Part shown: positions 1-10,793 of the stretch, piece by piece | Layout: the number at the start of each line of letters is the position of its first letter | How positions within the stretch are numbered: the first letter of the stretch is position 1 | Origin: a bacterium | GTDB taxonomy: Bacteria > Krumholzibacteriota > Krumholzibacteriia > LZORAL124-64-63 | Assembly: GCA_031441465.1 (NCBI GenBank) | Contig: JANOEP010000009.1 | Coordinates: 64,001-128,000, forward strand | Length of the DNA stretch: 64,000 nucleotides | Direction: 5' to 3' | Notes under the pieces: model-generated | Seen by the model: the letters and a program-made list of their open reading frames with translations, nothing else | Told to the model about the DNA's origin: nothing | The model's database searches: none | Program-made: the position numbers and the translations under genes

Positions 1-324
1 GGCGGCCTGCACGTCCTGCGCGGCGGCGTCGATGTCGCGCTCCAGGCTGAACTGGATGGTGATCGAGGTGGAGCCCAGGCTGCTCGTGGAGGTCATGTTG
101 TCGATGCCGGCGATGGTGGAGAACTGCTTCTCCAGCGGCGTCGCCACCGCCGAGGCCATGGTCTCGGGGCTGGCGCCGGGCAGGCCCGCCGACACCGAGA
201 TCGTCGGGAAGTCCACGTTCGGCAGGTCGCTGACCGGCAGCTGCCGGTAGCCCAGGACGCCGGCCCCGAGGATGGCCAGCATGACCAGCGTCGTCATGAC
301 CGGCCGGCGGATGAAGATGCTCAT
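1..324 (-). CDS. RND efflux permease (MdtB/MdtC/AcrB family), N-terminal part, truncated by window edge
   Basis: Manual translation from ATG at 324: [75 protein letters not shown], a typical MdtB/C N-terminus. ATGA overlap with the upstream adaptor stop. Confidence 0.93.
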   Translation of the reverse strand, partial: MSIFIRRPVMTTLVMLAILGAGVLGYRQLPVSDLPNVDFPTISVSAGLPGASPETMASAVATPLEKQFSTIAGIDNMTSTSSLGSTSITIQFSLERDIDAAAQDVQAA

Positions 325-1460
325 CGGGCGCCTCCCGGCGCCGGCCGCGACGGCTTGACCTCCACGACCGCGCCCGGCACCAGCCGCATCTGCCCGTCGA
401 TCACGACCGCCTCGCCGTCCCGCAGGTCGCCCGCCACCACGGACAGACCGTCGATGGTGCGGTCCACGACGACGGCGCGCTTCTCGACCTTCAAATCGGC
501 GCCCACGACGAAGACGAACAACCCGTCGCGCCCGGTCACCACGGCGGCGGCGGGCACCGTCAGCGCGGCGGGGTCGACCGCGAGCACCAGGTCGACGTCC
601 ACGAACTGCCCCGGCCAGAGCGCGCCGTCCGCGTTCGCGAACTCCGCCTTCAGCGTCACGGTGCCGGTGGCGGCGTCGACGGCGTTGTCCACGAAGACCA
701 GGCGGCCGACGAGCGCCTCGCCCGCGCCGTCGCGCGACGGCCGCGCGTGGACCGCGAGCGCGGCTCCCGCCGCGCGCCGCCTCACCTGCGGCAGCCCGTC
801 GCCCGGCACGGCGAAGACGACCCGGATCGGGCTCAGCTGGTTGACGACGACGAGCGGGCTGCCGTTCGGCGCCACCACGTTGCCCTTCTTGACCAGGATG
901 CTCCCGGTGCGGCCGGCCACGGGCGACGACACGGTGGCGTAGGCGAGGGACAGCTTCGCCTGCTCGACCGCCGCCCGGTCGGCCTGCACGGCGGCCCGGA
1001 AGACGTCCGCCTGGGTGCGGGCCGTGTCGAACTGTTCGCGCGTCACGTAGTCCTTCGCCACCAGCTTCTCGTAGCGGGCGGCCTGCGCCTCGGCGTTGGC
1101 GGCCTGCGCCTCGTCGCGCGCGAGCTGGGCCCGCGCCGCCTCCAGCGCCGCCTGCAGCGGCCGCGGGTCGATCTGGAACAACGGCTGACCGGCCTGGACG
1201 TCGTCGCCTTCGGTGAAGGCCACGCGCGTGATCACGCCGCCCACCTGCGGGCGGACCGCCACCGACTCGATCGGCTCGACCGTGCCCACCGCGTTCAGCA
1301 GCAGCGGTGCGGGCTGCACCTTCACGAGGCCGGTCACCACGGGCACCGGCGGCGCTTTGGCCGGCGGCTTGGCGCCCGTGCCCGCCGCGGCCAGGACGAC
1401 GGCGATCACGCTCGCGAGCAGCGTCAGGGCGGGAGCCGGGTGCTTGGTCGTCGCCGTCAT
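321..1460 (-). CDS. RND periplasmic adaptor (membrane fusion protein, MdtA-like)
   Basis: C-terminal part of ORF 321..2495 from MTATTKH. Contains [51 protein letters not shown] and LWPGQFV motifs. Confidence 0.92.
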   Translation of the reverse strand: MTATTKHPAPALTLLASVIAVVLAAAGTGAKPPAKAPPVPVVTGLVKVQPAPLLLNAVGTVEPIESVAVRPQVGGVITRVAFTEGDDVQAGQPLFQIDPRPLQAALEAARAQLARDEAQAANAEAQAARYEKLVAKDYVTREQFDTARTQADVFRAAVQADRAAVEQAKLSLAYATVSSPVAGRTGSILVKKGNVVAPNGSPLVVVNQLSPIRVVFAVPGDGLPQVRRRAAGAALAVHARPSRDGAGEALVGRLVFVDNAVDAATGTVTLKAEFANADGALWPGQFVDVDLVLAVDPAALTVPAAAVVTGRDGLFVFVVGADLKVEKRAVVVDRTIDGLSVVAGDLRDGEAVVIDGQMRLVPGAVVEVKPSRPAPGGAR

Positions 1461-2947
1461 CGGGTCACCTCGGGGTGCAGGTTGTCGGGAGCCAGGGGAT
1501 TCGCGCCGCGCAGCCCCAGGACGCCCGCGTCGCGGGCGAGCTGCGCCAGGGAGGTGAACCAGCCGAGCCGCGCGTTGATCCGCTGGGCGCGCGCCGTCGC
1601 GAGCGCGCGCTGCGCCGAGAGCAGGTCCAGGATGTCGCCCACGCCCTCGCGGTAGCGGCCCAGCGCGACCTGCTCGGAAGCCGCGGCGCTGGCCAGCAGC
1701 TCCTCGGCCGTCTGCACGCGCTCGGTGGCGGTGAGGAAGTCGCTGTGCGCGACGAAGATCTCGTAGACGACCCGCTGCTCGACACCGCGCGCCCGCTCGG
1801 CGGCCGCCTCGGCCTCGGCTTGCGCCCGCGCCAGTTCGTGCCGTCCCGAGAAGCCTCCGAAGAGCGGGACGCTGAGCACCAGCGCCCCGCTCGTGCGGTC
1901 GGTGGGGTCGTCCACGCCGTCGGTCCAGAGCCGGCCCGTCGAGCCGCTCACCGACAGCGACGGCAGCAGGCTGGAACGCGCGCTGCGGACGCGGGCCGCG
2001 GCGGCCTGCGCCCGCGCCTGCGCCGCCTGCAGGTCGGGCCGCGCCGCCACGGCCCGCCCGATCAACTCCTCCACCGCGAGCGCGACACCGTCGACCGGGA
2101 TGTCGGGCACGCCGATCTCGATGTCGAAGGGAACGTTCGCCGGGTAGCCCATCGACACCGCGAGCGCGCCCTTGGTCGTGCGCACCTGGCCCTCGGTGGC
2201 CTGCAGGTCCAGCTTCACCTGGGCGCGGGCCGTGCGCGCCTGCAGCACGTCGGCGATCGTGGCCAGACCGACCTCGTGCCGCGCTTCGGCCGCGGCGAGG
2301 CTGCTGTCCGCCTCGGCGTAGGAGACGCGGTTCGCCTCGAGGATGGCCTTGGCTCCCCCGTAGTGGTGGAACGCCGTCACCACGTCCAGGACGGCGTCCT
2401 GGATGACGGCGTTGTGCGTCCAGTCGGCCGCCAGCAGGCCCTGCTTCGCGGCCTCGATGCGCCCGGCGCGCCCGCCGAAATCCAGCAGTTGCCACGACAG
2501 GGCGGCGCCGTGTCCGTACGTGGTGGACCAGGTCCCGCTGCGGTTCTGCGCGGAGGCGGTGTTGCCGCGCGCGAGCGTGGCGTTGCCGTTCAAGGTGGGC
2601 AGGCGGGTCCCCCGCGCGGAGCCGTAGCTAGCGGCGGCCGCCTTGGCGTCGGCCCAGGCCGCGCGGGAGGCCGGGCTGTTGGCCAGCGCGATGTCCACGA
2701 CCTCGGCCAGGGTGAGGTTCGCCAGCCGGTCCAGGACCTCGTCGGGCGGGAGGGCCGCGACGGCCGGCACGGGCGCCGCGGCGGCACGCGGCGGCGGCGT
2801 CCAGAGCGCGTCGGGCGCGGGCGCCGTCCCGGCCACGCCGTCGACGCGGGGTGGACCGCTCGCGCAGCCGGCGGCGAGCAGCGTTGCGAGAACGAGCAGA
2901 ACCGCCGCGCCGCCGCGGCCGGGCGGAGCCTGGAATCGAACGTTCAT
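1457..2947 (-). CDS. TolC-family outer-membrane efflux lipoprotein
   Basis: Start MNVRFQ has a GGAGG RBS. Lipobox LAAGC, then [26 protein letters not shown] and [18 protein letters not shown] (two OEP repeats). Confidence 0.9.
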   Translation of the reverse strand: MNVRFQAPPGRGGAAVLLVLATLLAAGCASGPPRVDGVAGTAPAPDALWTPPPRAAAAPVPAVAALPPDEVLDRLANLTLAEVVDIALANSPASRAAWADAKAAAASYGSARGTRLPTLNGNATLARGNTASAQNRSGTWSTTYGHGAALSWQLLDFGGRAGRIEAAKQGLLAADWTHNAVIQDAVLDVVTAFHHYGGAKAILEANRVSYAEADSSLAAAEARHEVGLATIADVLQARTARAQVKLDLQATEGQVRTTKGALAVSMGYPANVPFDIEIGVPDIPVDGVALAVEELIGRAVAARPDLQAAQARAQAAAARVRSARSSLLPSLSVSGSTGRLWTDGVDDPTDRTSGALVLSVPLFGGFSGRHELARAQAEAEAAAERARGVEQRVVYEIFVAHSDFLTATERVQTAEELLASAAASEQVALGRYREGVGDILDLLSAQRALATARAQRINARLGWFTSLAQLARDAGVLGLRGANPLAPDNLHPEVTR

Positions 2948-3107
2948 GATGTCCTCCCGGGCCACCTTAGGAACCAGGCGAGCGGCGGTCAAGGAGCCAT
3001 CGCCGCCGCCGCGACGAGCGGGGAATCGACCCGCCGTCGTCCAGGCGTTACACTGCTGCGGACCGCGCTCGCCGGTGAGCCGACTCGGGAAGGAGCGTCC
3101 GTTGGTG

Positions 3108-4751
3108 ATGATGACTGAACATACGAGACCGGGATTTCCTGCGGACCGGGCCGGTAGCGGCGGCTGGACATCCTCGCTGCTGGCCGGCGCGGGCGCCCTG
3201 GCGCTCTACCTGCTGCTGGCGCCGCCGGCGGTCGGCGACAAGGACGCGGCGGAGTTCACGCTGGTGCTGGCGACGCGCGGCGTCGCCCACCCCACCGGCT
3301 ATCCCCTCTACACGCTGCTCGGCCACCCCTTCGTGACGCTCCTGCACGCTTGCGGGGCGAGCTGGGCCTACGCCGCCAACGCGTGGAGCGCGCTGGGCGG
3401 CGCGGTGGCCGTCGCGCTGCTGCACAAGCTGGCCCGCGGACTGGTCGCGGGCGACCGCGGCGGCACCGCGCTGGCGTGGCTGCCCGCGCTGCTCTTCGGT
3501 CTCAATCCCATCTGGACCTTCGAGACGACGCTGGCCGAGACCGGCTCCTGGCACGTGGCCTGGTCCTGCGGCGCGGCGCTGCTGGCCCTGCGCCTGCTCG
3601 TGCGGCTGGACGCGCCCGGCGCCGTCACCGATGTGGGCGCCCGCCGCGGCGCGGCAGCCTGGGGTCTGGTCTGCGGCCTCGGCCTGGCGCACCACGCGAC
3701 GGCCCTGCTGCTGGCGGCGCCCCTGACGCTCGCGCTCGCGATCCCGGCGCGGCGGCGCGGACTGCCGGCGCGCCTGCTCGTCCCCCCGCTGGCCGGCCTG
3801 CTGCTGCCGCTGCTGTCCTACGGCTTCGTCGCCTGGCGGGCCTTCCACCCCGGGACTGTGCAGTGGCCGCTGCTCGCCCCCGCCTGGGGAGCCGTCTTCG
3901 ACCATCTCCGGGCCGGCCAGTACCGCGAATACTTCGGGCGCTTCCACCCCTCGGCCGCCCAGGCGCATTTCCTGGCGCTCTACGTCTACCCGTTCCTGGC
4001 CCTGTCCGCGCTCGCGCTCGGCACGGCGATCCGCGCGGCCGGACCCGGACCGCGGCGACGGCTGCTGCTGGCGATCGCGGCCGGCTGCCTCGTCGAGTGC
4101 GCCGTGGCGTTCAACTACGGCGTGCCCGACCCCTCGTCCTACTTCCTGCCGATCCTCGCGCTCGGGATGATCGCCACGGCGCCTGCAGCGGCCCGCGCCG
4201 GCCGGGCGCTGGGGGGACGCGGCCGGAGTCCGGCCGTAGCCGGCGCTTTGCTGGTGCTGGCCCTGGTCGCCCTTGCGACGCCGTGGCTGCGGACGAGCTG
4301 GGAACGGCGCGGCGTGTACGTCCGTCACGAGCAACTGATCAAGAGCATGTGGGAGTCCGTCACCGCCGAACGGGGCTTCCTGATCTGGGCCGACGACATG
4401 GCGTACCGGCTGCGCGCTTGGCAGATCCTCGACGGCGAGAAGCCCGGACTCGTGGTGGTGAATCCGGCCCTGTTGACCCACCCGTGGCCGCGCCGCGAGT
4501 TCACGCGCCGCCACGGGTTCGACCCGCTGGCAGGCGTGACGCTGCCGCGCGAAGGTCAGCTCGGGCGCGCCGGCGCGGACACGGTCGTCGCGAACCTGCT
4601 CGGCGGGACGGCCCGGAGCATCAACGCTCAGTCGTCCCTGCCGGTGTTCATGTTCGACCCCGCGGGGCCTTCGGTGCGGATGCTGCGCAAGCCCACGACC
4701 GAACCGGCCGCGCCGACGAGCACAGCGCCGAGTTCGCAGTTGTCGAGGTAG
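3108..4751 (+). CDS. DUF2723 / TMEM260-like polytopic membrane protein (GT-C-like glycosyltransferase)
   Basis: DxxEF...GVAHPTGYPLYTLLGHPF motif followed by many TM segments. AGGAG RBS before ATG 3108. Confidence 0.75.
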   Translation: MMTEHTRPGFPADRAGSGGWTSSLLAGAGALALYLLLAPPAVGDKDAAEFTLVLATRGVAHPTGYPLYTLLGHPFVTLLHACGASWAYAANAWSALGGAVAVALLHKLARGLVAGDRGGTALAWLPALLFGLNPIWTFETTLAETGSWHVAWSCGAALLALRLLVRLDAPGAVTDVGARRGAAAWGLVCGLGLAHHATALLLAAPLTLALAIPARRRGLPARLLVPPLAGLLLPLLSYGFVAWRAFHPGTVQWPLLAPAWGAVFDHLRAGQYREYFGRFHPSAAQAHFLALYVYPFLALSALALGTAIRAAGPGPRRRLLLAIAAGCLVECAVAFNYGVPDPSSYFLPILALGMIATAPAAARAGRALGGRGRSPAVAGALLVLALVALATPWLRTSWERRGVYVRHEQLIKSMWESVTAERGFLIWADDMAYRLRAWQILDGEKPGLVVVNPALLTHPWPRREFTRRHGFDPLAGVTLPREGQLGRAGADTVVANLLGGTARSINAQSSLPVFMFDPAGPSVRMLRKPTTEPAAPTSTAPSSQLSR

Positions 4752-5929
4752 GGTCCGCGGACGGGATCGGTGTCATCGGCGCGGACGGCGAACGATTCGC
4801 AGCCCGGTCCGCGCGCGAAGAGCGGCACCAGCGAGTTGGTGTGCTCGCCGGTGAGGAACACGTAGGCCGGCACGGGACCGGCGAGGTGGCCGCTCTCGTG
4901 GTCCGCGGTGACCACCACGAGCGTCTCCGCGAGCAGGCCGCGCTCGTCGAGCCACGCCGTCGCGGCCTCGACCGCCCGGTTGAAATCCGTCATCTCCTCG
5001 ATCATGCGCCCGACCTGTCGGTCGTGGCTGGCCCAGTCCACGGCGCCCCCTTCGATCAGCAGGCAGAAGCCGTCGGGATCCTCGTCGACGACGTTCAGGG
5101 CGGCCAGCGCCATCTCGGCCAGGGTCGGAACGTCGGCGTTGCGCGGCACGGCGAAGGGTGCCGCGAGCGGATCGCCGTCGCGCTGCTCCTGCAGCGTCTC
5201 GCGCACCGGCGGCACGCCGACCACGCGGCGCGGCGTCGCGCCGCGGGCCAGGGCCTGGAACTGCTCGCGCGTCGTGACCAGGGACCAGGGACCCGCGGAC
5301 TCCGCACCGAGCCGGCCGGCGACGAGCGAATCCCAGATCGCGGCGCCGCCGACCCGGCCGTAGTCCGCGACATCGCGCCGGTGCCCGCCGTCGTCGTACC
5401 AGGGATGCCCGGCGCCCATGACGACGTCCAGCTCGCCGCCGCCGAGCATGAGTCGCGCGATCTCCAGGTAGGCGCCGCGGTCCCGGCAGGAGACGGCGAA
5501 ACCCGCCGGCGTGGCGTGGACGAACGGCACCGTGGTGACGACGCCGGTCGACTTCCCGGCCGCGGCCATGGCCTGGGCGAGCGTCACCAGCGGATCGCCG
5601 CGGGGATCGACCGCCAGCCGCCCGTTGACCGTCTTGACCCCGGTGGTCATGGCGGTGATCGCGGCGGCCGAATCGGTGGGGTCGCGGTCGCACCAGGCGG
5701 GGTCGCGCCACGTCGGCTCGGGATCGTAGGCCCCGCCGTCGGGCGGGGTGCTCATCGCGAGGCGCACCGGCCAGCCGTCGTACACCTGGCGGCCGGTCGG
5801 ATCCGTCTCGTGGAGACGGGCGGCCTCGAAGTGCAGGAACCCCGCGCCGTCGGCGACGAACAGCACGATGTTGCGCGGGGCGGGCGTGCCCGCGGCCAGG
5901 CAGAGCGAGACGAGCAGGTGCGTGAACAC
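4628..5929 (-). CDS. Alkaline phosphatase, secreted
   Basis: NIVLFVADGAG, TDSAAAITAMTTGVKT (catalytic Ser), HATPAGF, EGGAVDWASH and VVTADHE motifs. GTG start with AAAGGAG RBS and a signal peptide. Confidence 0.9.
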   Translation of the reverse strand: MFTHLLVSLCLAAGTPAPRNIVLFVADGAGFLHFEAARLHETDPTGRQVYDGWPVRLAMSTPPDGGAYDPEPTWRDPAWCDRDPTDSAAAITAMTTGVKTVNGRLAVDPRGDPLVTLAQAMAAAGKSTGVVTTVPFVHATPAGFAVSCRDRGAYLEIARLMLGGGELDVVMGAGHPWYDDGGHRRDVADYGRVGGAAIWDSLVAGRLGAESAGPWSLVTTREQFQALARGATPRRVVGVPPVRETLQEQRDGDPLAAPFAVPRNADVPTLAEMALAALNVVDEDPDGFCLLIEGGAVDWASHDRQVGRMIEEMTDFNRAVEAATAWLDERGLLAETLVVVTADHESGHLAGPVPAYVFLTGEHTNSLVPLFARGPGCESFAVRADDTDPVRGPYLDNCELGAVLVGAAGSVVGLRSIRTEGPAGSNMNTGRDD

Positions 5930-6020
5930 GGGACTCCTTTCGGGATCCGGTGAATGTAGTCGCTGATTGCGAAAAATTCGAGAAGCGTCGGTCTCGCGCC
6001 TCACCGGTCCGGTCACACGC

Positions 6021-6053
6021 GAAAGGCCGCCCCCTCGGCGGGAGCGGCCTTCG
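6021..6053 (-). terminator. GC-rich hairpin downstream of the choice-of-anchor-E-like gene
   Basis: aaggccgc...gcggcctt inverted repeat ~20 nt after the stop at 6072. Confidence 0.45.
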
Positions 6054-6071
6054 CTCGCCGGCGGCCGGCGA

Positions 6072-6740
6072 TCACCGGTACATGCTCTTGACGTTGCCCC
6101 AAGCGGTCTGCTCGGCGGGAACGCCGCACTCCATGTAGTTGTAGGTGACCGAGTAGCTGACGTAGGCCTGCAGGCCGATCGACCAGCTGTTGGCGCCGAA
6201 CTGGGAGGACATGTTGAAAGCCGTGCAGGGGAGGTTGACCGTGCCGGCGCCCGTGAACAGCGCCAGGTCGAGGGCGCTCGCCAGGCAGACCGTGTTGCCG
6301 ACGGACACGTCCAGCCCGGAGTGGGTCACGCCGGAGGTGCCGGCGTAGTCGGCGACGCCGTCGTAGGACGTGACCGGACCCGAAAAGGCCTGCAACGGCT
6401 GGAGCACCATCACCGGCGACAGGTCGGGCCGCCGGAGCGTGACCTGGACCTCGAAGTTGCTCGTCACGGTCGTGGGGAAGGTCTGGATGTTCTCGAAGCT
6501 CAGGAAACCGGCCCCATGCGCCGTCGCCTGCACGCAGACGGAGGTCAGGCACTGGCCGGGAAGGTCGAACTGCGGCACGGACTGGTAGGGGAACGTGTAC
6601 TGGCTCGCGCCGAGATAAGGCGACGGACCGTACACGCTGCTGTGCGTGATGGACGCGGCCCGGGCGCCGGCGGCGTTGATCGTCAGCGACAGGCACACGG
6701 CGAGGGCGAGACGGGCGGCGACCGATTTCATGATGGTCAT
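6072..6740 (-). CDS. Secreted choice-of-anchor-E-like protein with C-terminal AEQTAWGNVKSMYR motif
   Basis: Signal peptide, then VPQFD...SYDGVADYAGTSG...DLALFTGAGTV...SVTYNY, resembling the choice-of-anchor E domain. Confidence 0.65.
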   Translation of the reverse strand: MTIMKSVAARLALAVCLSLTINAAGARAASITHSSVYGPSPYLGASQYTFPYQSVPQFDLPGQCLTSVCVQATAHGAGFLSFENIQTFPTTVTSNFEVQVTLRRPDLSPVMVLQPLQAFSGPVTSYDGVADYAGTSGVTHSGLDVSVGNTVCLASALDLALFTGAGTVNLPCTAFNMSSQFGANSWSIGLQAYVSYSVTYNYMECGVPAEQTAWGNVKSMYR

Positions 6741-6921
6741 GGCAACTCTCCCATGATTGAAGACCGCGAACGGGAACTGCACCTGATATACCGGGCAAGG
6801 CGACCGGATCGTAGGGGTTGCTCTCCGCGGGGCGATCCCACTGCGGAGAGAGGAAAAGGGTAGGCCCAATGAAGATTGATCGCCACCTGTTTAGGGTGGG
6901 AGGTGGGCGGGCGGGAATCGG

Positions 6922-8394
6922 CTACAGCGCCTTCGCGACGATCCGGAAATGCCGCCCGGTGATGGCGAGGGTGACCGCCAGGCCGATCCGGTCGGGATGC
7001 TGCAGGAGTGTCGTGGTGAGGAATCCCCAGTAGGCGCGGCGGCCGCGTTCGCAGATCCCGATGCGCCACAACGACTTCATCAGCGCCCGCAGGTCGCTCC
7101 GCGACAGGTGCGCGCGCGGCCCGCGGGATCGGTGGTTCTCCAGGAGGATCCGGGCACGGCGGTAGTAGGTGTTCGGCTCGTAGAGCCGGCGCATCAGGAG
7201 GCGGTAGTTCTCGATCAGGAACTCGCGGTCCAGCTTCGGCTCGAAGTTGAAGGTCGCCTTGGTGTTGTCGCCGCCGCCGTCGCCCCGCAGGCGCCCCTCG
7301 CCCGCCAGCCGCCGGTAGAGGCGGCTGCGCGGGATGGCCTGGAGCATCCCGACCATCGCGGTGACCACGCCGGCGTTCTGGATGAACTCGAACTGCCGCT
7401 GGAAGATGTCGGCGCGGTCGCTGTCGAAGCCCACGATGAAGCCGCCCATGACCTCCAGACCGGCGTGCTGGATGCGGCGCACGGCCGTCGGCAGGTCGCT
7501 GCGCAGGTTCTGCGTCTTGTGGCACTCCTGCAGGCTCTCGGCACAGGGGGTCTCGATGCCCAGGAACACTTTCTTGAAGCCGGCTTCGACCATCAACTGC
7601 AGCAGCTCCGGGTCCTCGGCCATGTTCACCGAGGCCTCGGTCAGGAACGTCATCCGCGCGCGCGTCGCGCGGCGCCAGCCGATCATCGCGCGCAGCAGCT
7701 CCTTGCAGCGCCGCGGGTCGCCCACGAAGTTGTCGTCGACCAGGAAGGTCTGGCCCCGCCAGCCGCGCAGGCGCAGCACGTCCAGCTCGGCGAGGAAACG
7801 CTCGGGCGTCTTGTAGCGGGGCTTGTGCCCGTTCAGCGCCACGACGTCGCAGAACTCGCAGTCGAAGGGGCAGCCGCGGCAGGACTGCACCGACATCGTC
7901 GCGTACTCCCGCAGGTCGATCAGGTCCCAGCGCGGCAGGGGCGTCAGCGACAGGTCGGGGTAGCGCGGCGCCTCGTACAGGAGCTGGACGCGTCCCGCTT
8001 CCATGTCGGCGACGAGCGCCGCCGCTGTCTCCTCCGCCTCGCCGACCACGACGTGGTCGACGCCCGGATTGTCGGCCGCGTCGGTGGTGAACAGCGGCCC
8101 GCCGCCGATCACCGGCTTGCCCGCCGCGCGGCAGGTCCGGATCACCGCGAGCAGCGAGTCGCGCTGCGCCAGCATGGCGCTGACGAGCACGTAGTCCGCC
8201 CAACGCACGTCGGTGGCCGGCAGGGGCCGGCAGTTCAGGTCGACGACCTTCAGCTCCCAGTCGCGCGGCAGCAGGCCGGCGAGGGTCAGCAGTCCCAGGG
8301 GGGGATTCGAAGCGCGCTTGCCCACGAAGGGCAGGGCGTTGCGGAAGCTCCAGAAGGTATCCGGGGTGCGCGGTTCGACCAGCAGGACCCGCAT
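6922..8394 (-). CDS. B12-binding domain radical SAM protein (DUF4070 type)
   Basis: PPLGLLTLAGLLP, GEAE, RGCPFDCEFC (CxxxCxxC), VDDNF, VFLGIET and GFIVGFDSD motifs. Confidence 0.9.
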   Translation of the reverse strand: MRVLLVEPRTPDTFWSFRNALPFVGKRASNPPLGLLTLAGLLPRDWELKVVDLNCRPLPATDVRWADYVLVSAMLAQRDSLLAVIRTCRAAGKPVIGGGPLFTTDAADNPGVDHVVVGEAEETAAALVADMEAGRVQLLYEAPRYPDLSLTPLPRWDLIDLREYATMSVQSCRGCPFDCEFCDVVALNGHKPRYKTPERFLAELDVLRLRGWRGQTFLVDDNFVGDPRRCKELLRAMIGWRRATRARMTFLTEASVNMAEDPELLQLMVEAGFKKVFLGIETPCAESLQECHKTQNLRSDLPTAVRRIQHAGLEVMGGFIVGFDSDRADIFQRQFEFIQNAGVVTAMVGMLQAIPRSRLYRRLAGEGRLRGDGGGDNTKATFNFEPKLDREFLIENYRLLMRRLYEPNTYYRRARILLENHRSRGPRAHLSRSDLRALMKSLWRIGICERGRRAYWGFLTTTLLQHPDRIGLAVTLAITGRHFRIVAKAL

Positions 8395-8472
8395 GGGGGT
8401 CTCCGTTCGGCGGGGGCGGCGAAACGATCCGCCTACATGATAATATGTTTTCATGAAAACGAAAGGGCCGCG

Positions 8473-9651
8473 TCAGCCCGCCCGCAGCGCCTCGCTGACC
8501 GGGCGCCGCGCCGCGGCGCGGGCGGGGAAGTAGCCGCCGACGAGGCCGAGCACGACCGACGCCAGCAGGCCGATGGCCAGGATGCCCGGGGAGATGCGGA
8601 ACTCGAAGGCGACCTCGCTGAACGAGGCCCAGTTGGTGGTGCCCGTCGAGACGCCGTGCACGGGCAGGGCCAGCAGGCAACCCAGCACGCCGCCGATCAG
8701 GCACAGCAGCACCGACTCGATCAGGAAGCTGGCCAGGATCGCGCGCGGCGTGAAGCCCAGGGCCAGCAGGGTCGCGATCTCGCGGCTGCGCGAGCCGACC
8801 GCCGCGTACATCGTGTTCAGGGCGCCGAGGACCGCGCCGGCGGCCATCACCACCACCAGGAACAGGCCGAGGGCGCGGATCACGCCGGCCAGCTGCTCGG
8901 ACTGGGCGCGGTAGTATTCCCGCTCGATGCGGGGCTCGGCCCGCACGCGCGGGTCGGCCTCCAGGCGCGCCAGGAGATCGGCGAGTCGGTCGGGGTCGGT
9001 CAGCCGCAGCGTCAGCGAGGAGAACCCGCGGCGGTCGAAGACCGGCAGGAGCGTCTCGAGATCGCCCCAGATCTCGGAGTCGAAGCCGCTGCCGCCGGCG
9101 TCGAAGGAGCCCACCACGCGGAAGTCGCGGCCGCCCATGCGCAGCGTCTCCCCCACCCCGCAACCCTCGAAGCGCCGGCCCAGCTTGCCGCCCGCCAGCA
9201 CTTCGTCCGTGCCGGGCTTCAACATCCGGCCCTCGCGCAGGCGGATGTCGGGCCGCAGCTCGAACACCCGCGGCTCGACGCCGCGCACCGTGACGTTCGA
9301 GGAGGCGGCCGGGTCGTCGCGCCGCACCAGGTTCACCAGCACGACCATCTCGGGCAGGGCCAGCGGCTCGCCGTCGGCGCCGCGGGCCACGGCCGGGTCG
9401 GCCGAGGCGATGCGGGCGGCCTCGCGCGAGATCCCCGACATCATCTCGCTCGTGGCGCCGCCGCGCAGGACGATGGCGTTGTCGGGCCGTCCCGTCGAGA
9501 CGAGCGTGGCGCTGAAGCCGTGCGCCAGCGCGAGGGTCAGCACGAGCACCGCCACGACCAGGGCGATGCCGCCGGCGGTCATCAGCGTCATCGTGCGCCG
9601 CACGACCAGGTTGCGCAGGTTGTACTGCAGCGGCAGCCGCATCGTCGTCAC
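8473..9651 (-). CDS. ABC transporter permease (MacB/FtsX family)
   Basis: LQYNLRNLVVRR N-terminus, periplasmic domain, NTMYAAVGSRSREIATLLALGF and FPARAAAR. Confidence 0.92.
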   Translation of the reverse strand: MTTMRLPLQYNLRNLVVRRTMTLMTAGGIALVVAVLVLTLALAHGFSATLVSTGRPDNAIVLRGGATSEMMSGISREAARIASADPAVARGADGEPLALPEMVVLVNLVRRDDPAASSNVTVRGVEPRVFELRPDIRLREGRMLKPGTDEVLAGGKLGRRFEGCGVGETLRMGGRDFRVVGSFDAGGSGFDSEIWGDLETLLPVFDRRGFSSLTLRLTDPDRLADLLARLEADPRVRAEPRIEREYYRAQSEQLAGVIRALGLFLVVVMAAGAVLGALNTMYAAVGSRSREIATLLALGFTPRAILASFLIESVLLCLIGGVLGCLLALPVHGVSTGTTNWASFSEVAFEFRISPGILAIGLLASVVLGLVGGYFPARAAARRPVSEALRAG

Positions 9652-10793
9652 CCCGTGTGGCGCAGCGCATCGACGATGCGCAGCCGCGCCGCGTTCCAGG
9701 CCGGCGCCACGCCGCTGACCACGCCCAGGAAGAGCGCGATGCCGAGCGCCTGCGCCACGGTGCCGTCCGTGACCGTGAAGCGGGGGAAGAAACCGCCCGC
9801 CGTGAAGTCCGAGAGATCGAAGACCAGCCGCGCGAGCCCCGCCCCGAGCACGCCGCCGACCAGGGTGATCAGGAGCGACTCGGCCAGCACCAGCCCGACC
9901 ACGGCGCGGTCGGCGAAGCCCAGGGCCTTCAGCACCGCGATCTCGCGCGTGCGCTCGCGCGCGGCCATCATCATCGTGTTCATCGAGACCAGCACGATGG
10001 CGATGACGATGGCGGTGCCCAGAGAGTAGATCACCGCCTGGATGTTGCCGAGCATCGAGATGAAGCCGAGCTGGAACGCCTTCTCGGTCTCGGTCTTGGT
10101 CTCCGCGGCGCTGTTGGCGAAGGTCTCGTCGACGATCCGGGCGACGTCGCCGGCGCGGTCCGGGTCGGCGAGCTTCAGCACGAAGGTGCCGACCTGTCCC
10201 CAGTCGCCCAGGCTCTGGTTGAGGTACTCCCCGTTGAACAGCAGCCAGTTGGTGTCCAGATCCGGCGTCGCGGGTTGCGCCACGCCGCAGACCGTGAAGT
10301 CCCAGACGCCCTCGAAGATGGTGCCGCGCAGGGTGATCCGATCGCCGACCTCGAAGCCGTACTTGCGCGCCAGCTTCTCGCCGACGATGCAGGCCGTGCG
10401 TTCGCGCCGGAAGGTGTCCTTCTCCTCGGCCGTCAGGCGGTACTCGGGGTAGATCTCGAAGTAGCGCAGGGGGTCGATCGCGAACTGGGCGAAGAAGTTG
10501 CGCTCGTCGATGTAGACGCCGCCGAACCAGGTCGCCCAGCTCACGTCCTCGACGCCCGGGATCTGGGTCAGCCGGTCGCGGTAGGAGATCGGCAGGAAGA
10601 AGGTCAGCGAGGTCGAGCGGCGCGTGATCAGCCGGGCCGATGATGCCGACTCGAGCGAAGCGGCCAGCGAGGTGATCACCGTGCGCAGCGTGCAGAACAG
10701 GAAGAGCGAGACGACGATCGACAGGACCGTCAGCAGCGTCCGCCGCTTGTTGCGCAGCGTGTTGCGCAGGATGAAGGGCAGGAACCGCGTCAC
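9648..10793 (-). CDS. ABC transporter permease (MacB/FtsX family)
   Basis: [13 protein letters not shown] and [22 protein letters not shown]; 4-nt overlaps with both neighbours. Confidence 0.92.
   Translation of the reverse strand: MTRFLPFILRNTLRNKRRTLLTVLSIVVSLFLFCTLRTVITSLAASLESASSARLITRRSTSLTFFLPISYRDRLTQIPGVEDVSWATWFGGVYIDERNFFAQFAIDPLRYFEIYPEYRLTAEEKDTFRRERTACIVGEKLARKYGFEVGDRITLRGTIFEGVWDFTVCGVAQPATPDLDTNWLLFNGEYLNQSLGDWGQVGTFVLKLADPDRAGDVARIVDETFANSAAETKTETEKAFQLGFISMLGNIQAVIYSLGTAIVIAIVLVSMNTMMMAARERTREIAVLKALGFADRAVVGLVLAESLLITLVGGVLGAGLARLVFDLSDFTAGGFFPRFTVTDGTVAQALGIALFLGVVSGVAPAWNAARLRIVDALRHTG

Noticed and set aside
321..2495. 724-aa ORF as a TolC-adaptor fusion (similarly the long 5' extensions of 12886..15063, 24670..27942 and 41509..44403)
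   Set aside because: The extensions overlap real upstream genes in another frame; true starts lie at the ATGA overlaps.
6821..6850. Hairpin ctctccgcgg...ctgcggagag as a riboswitch or ncRNA
   Set aside because: A single stem with no recognisable aptamer motif; may only be a terminator or stabiliser.
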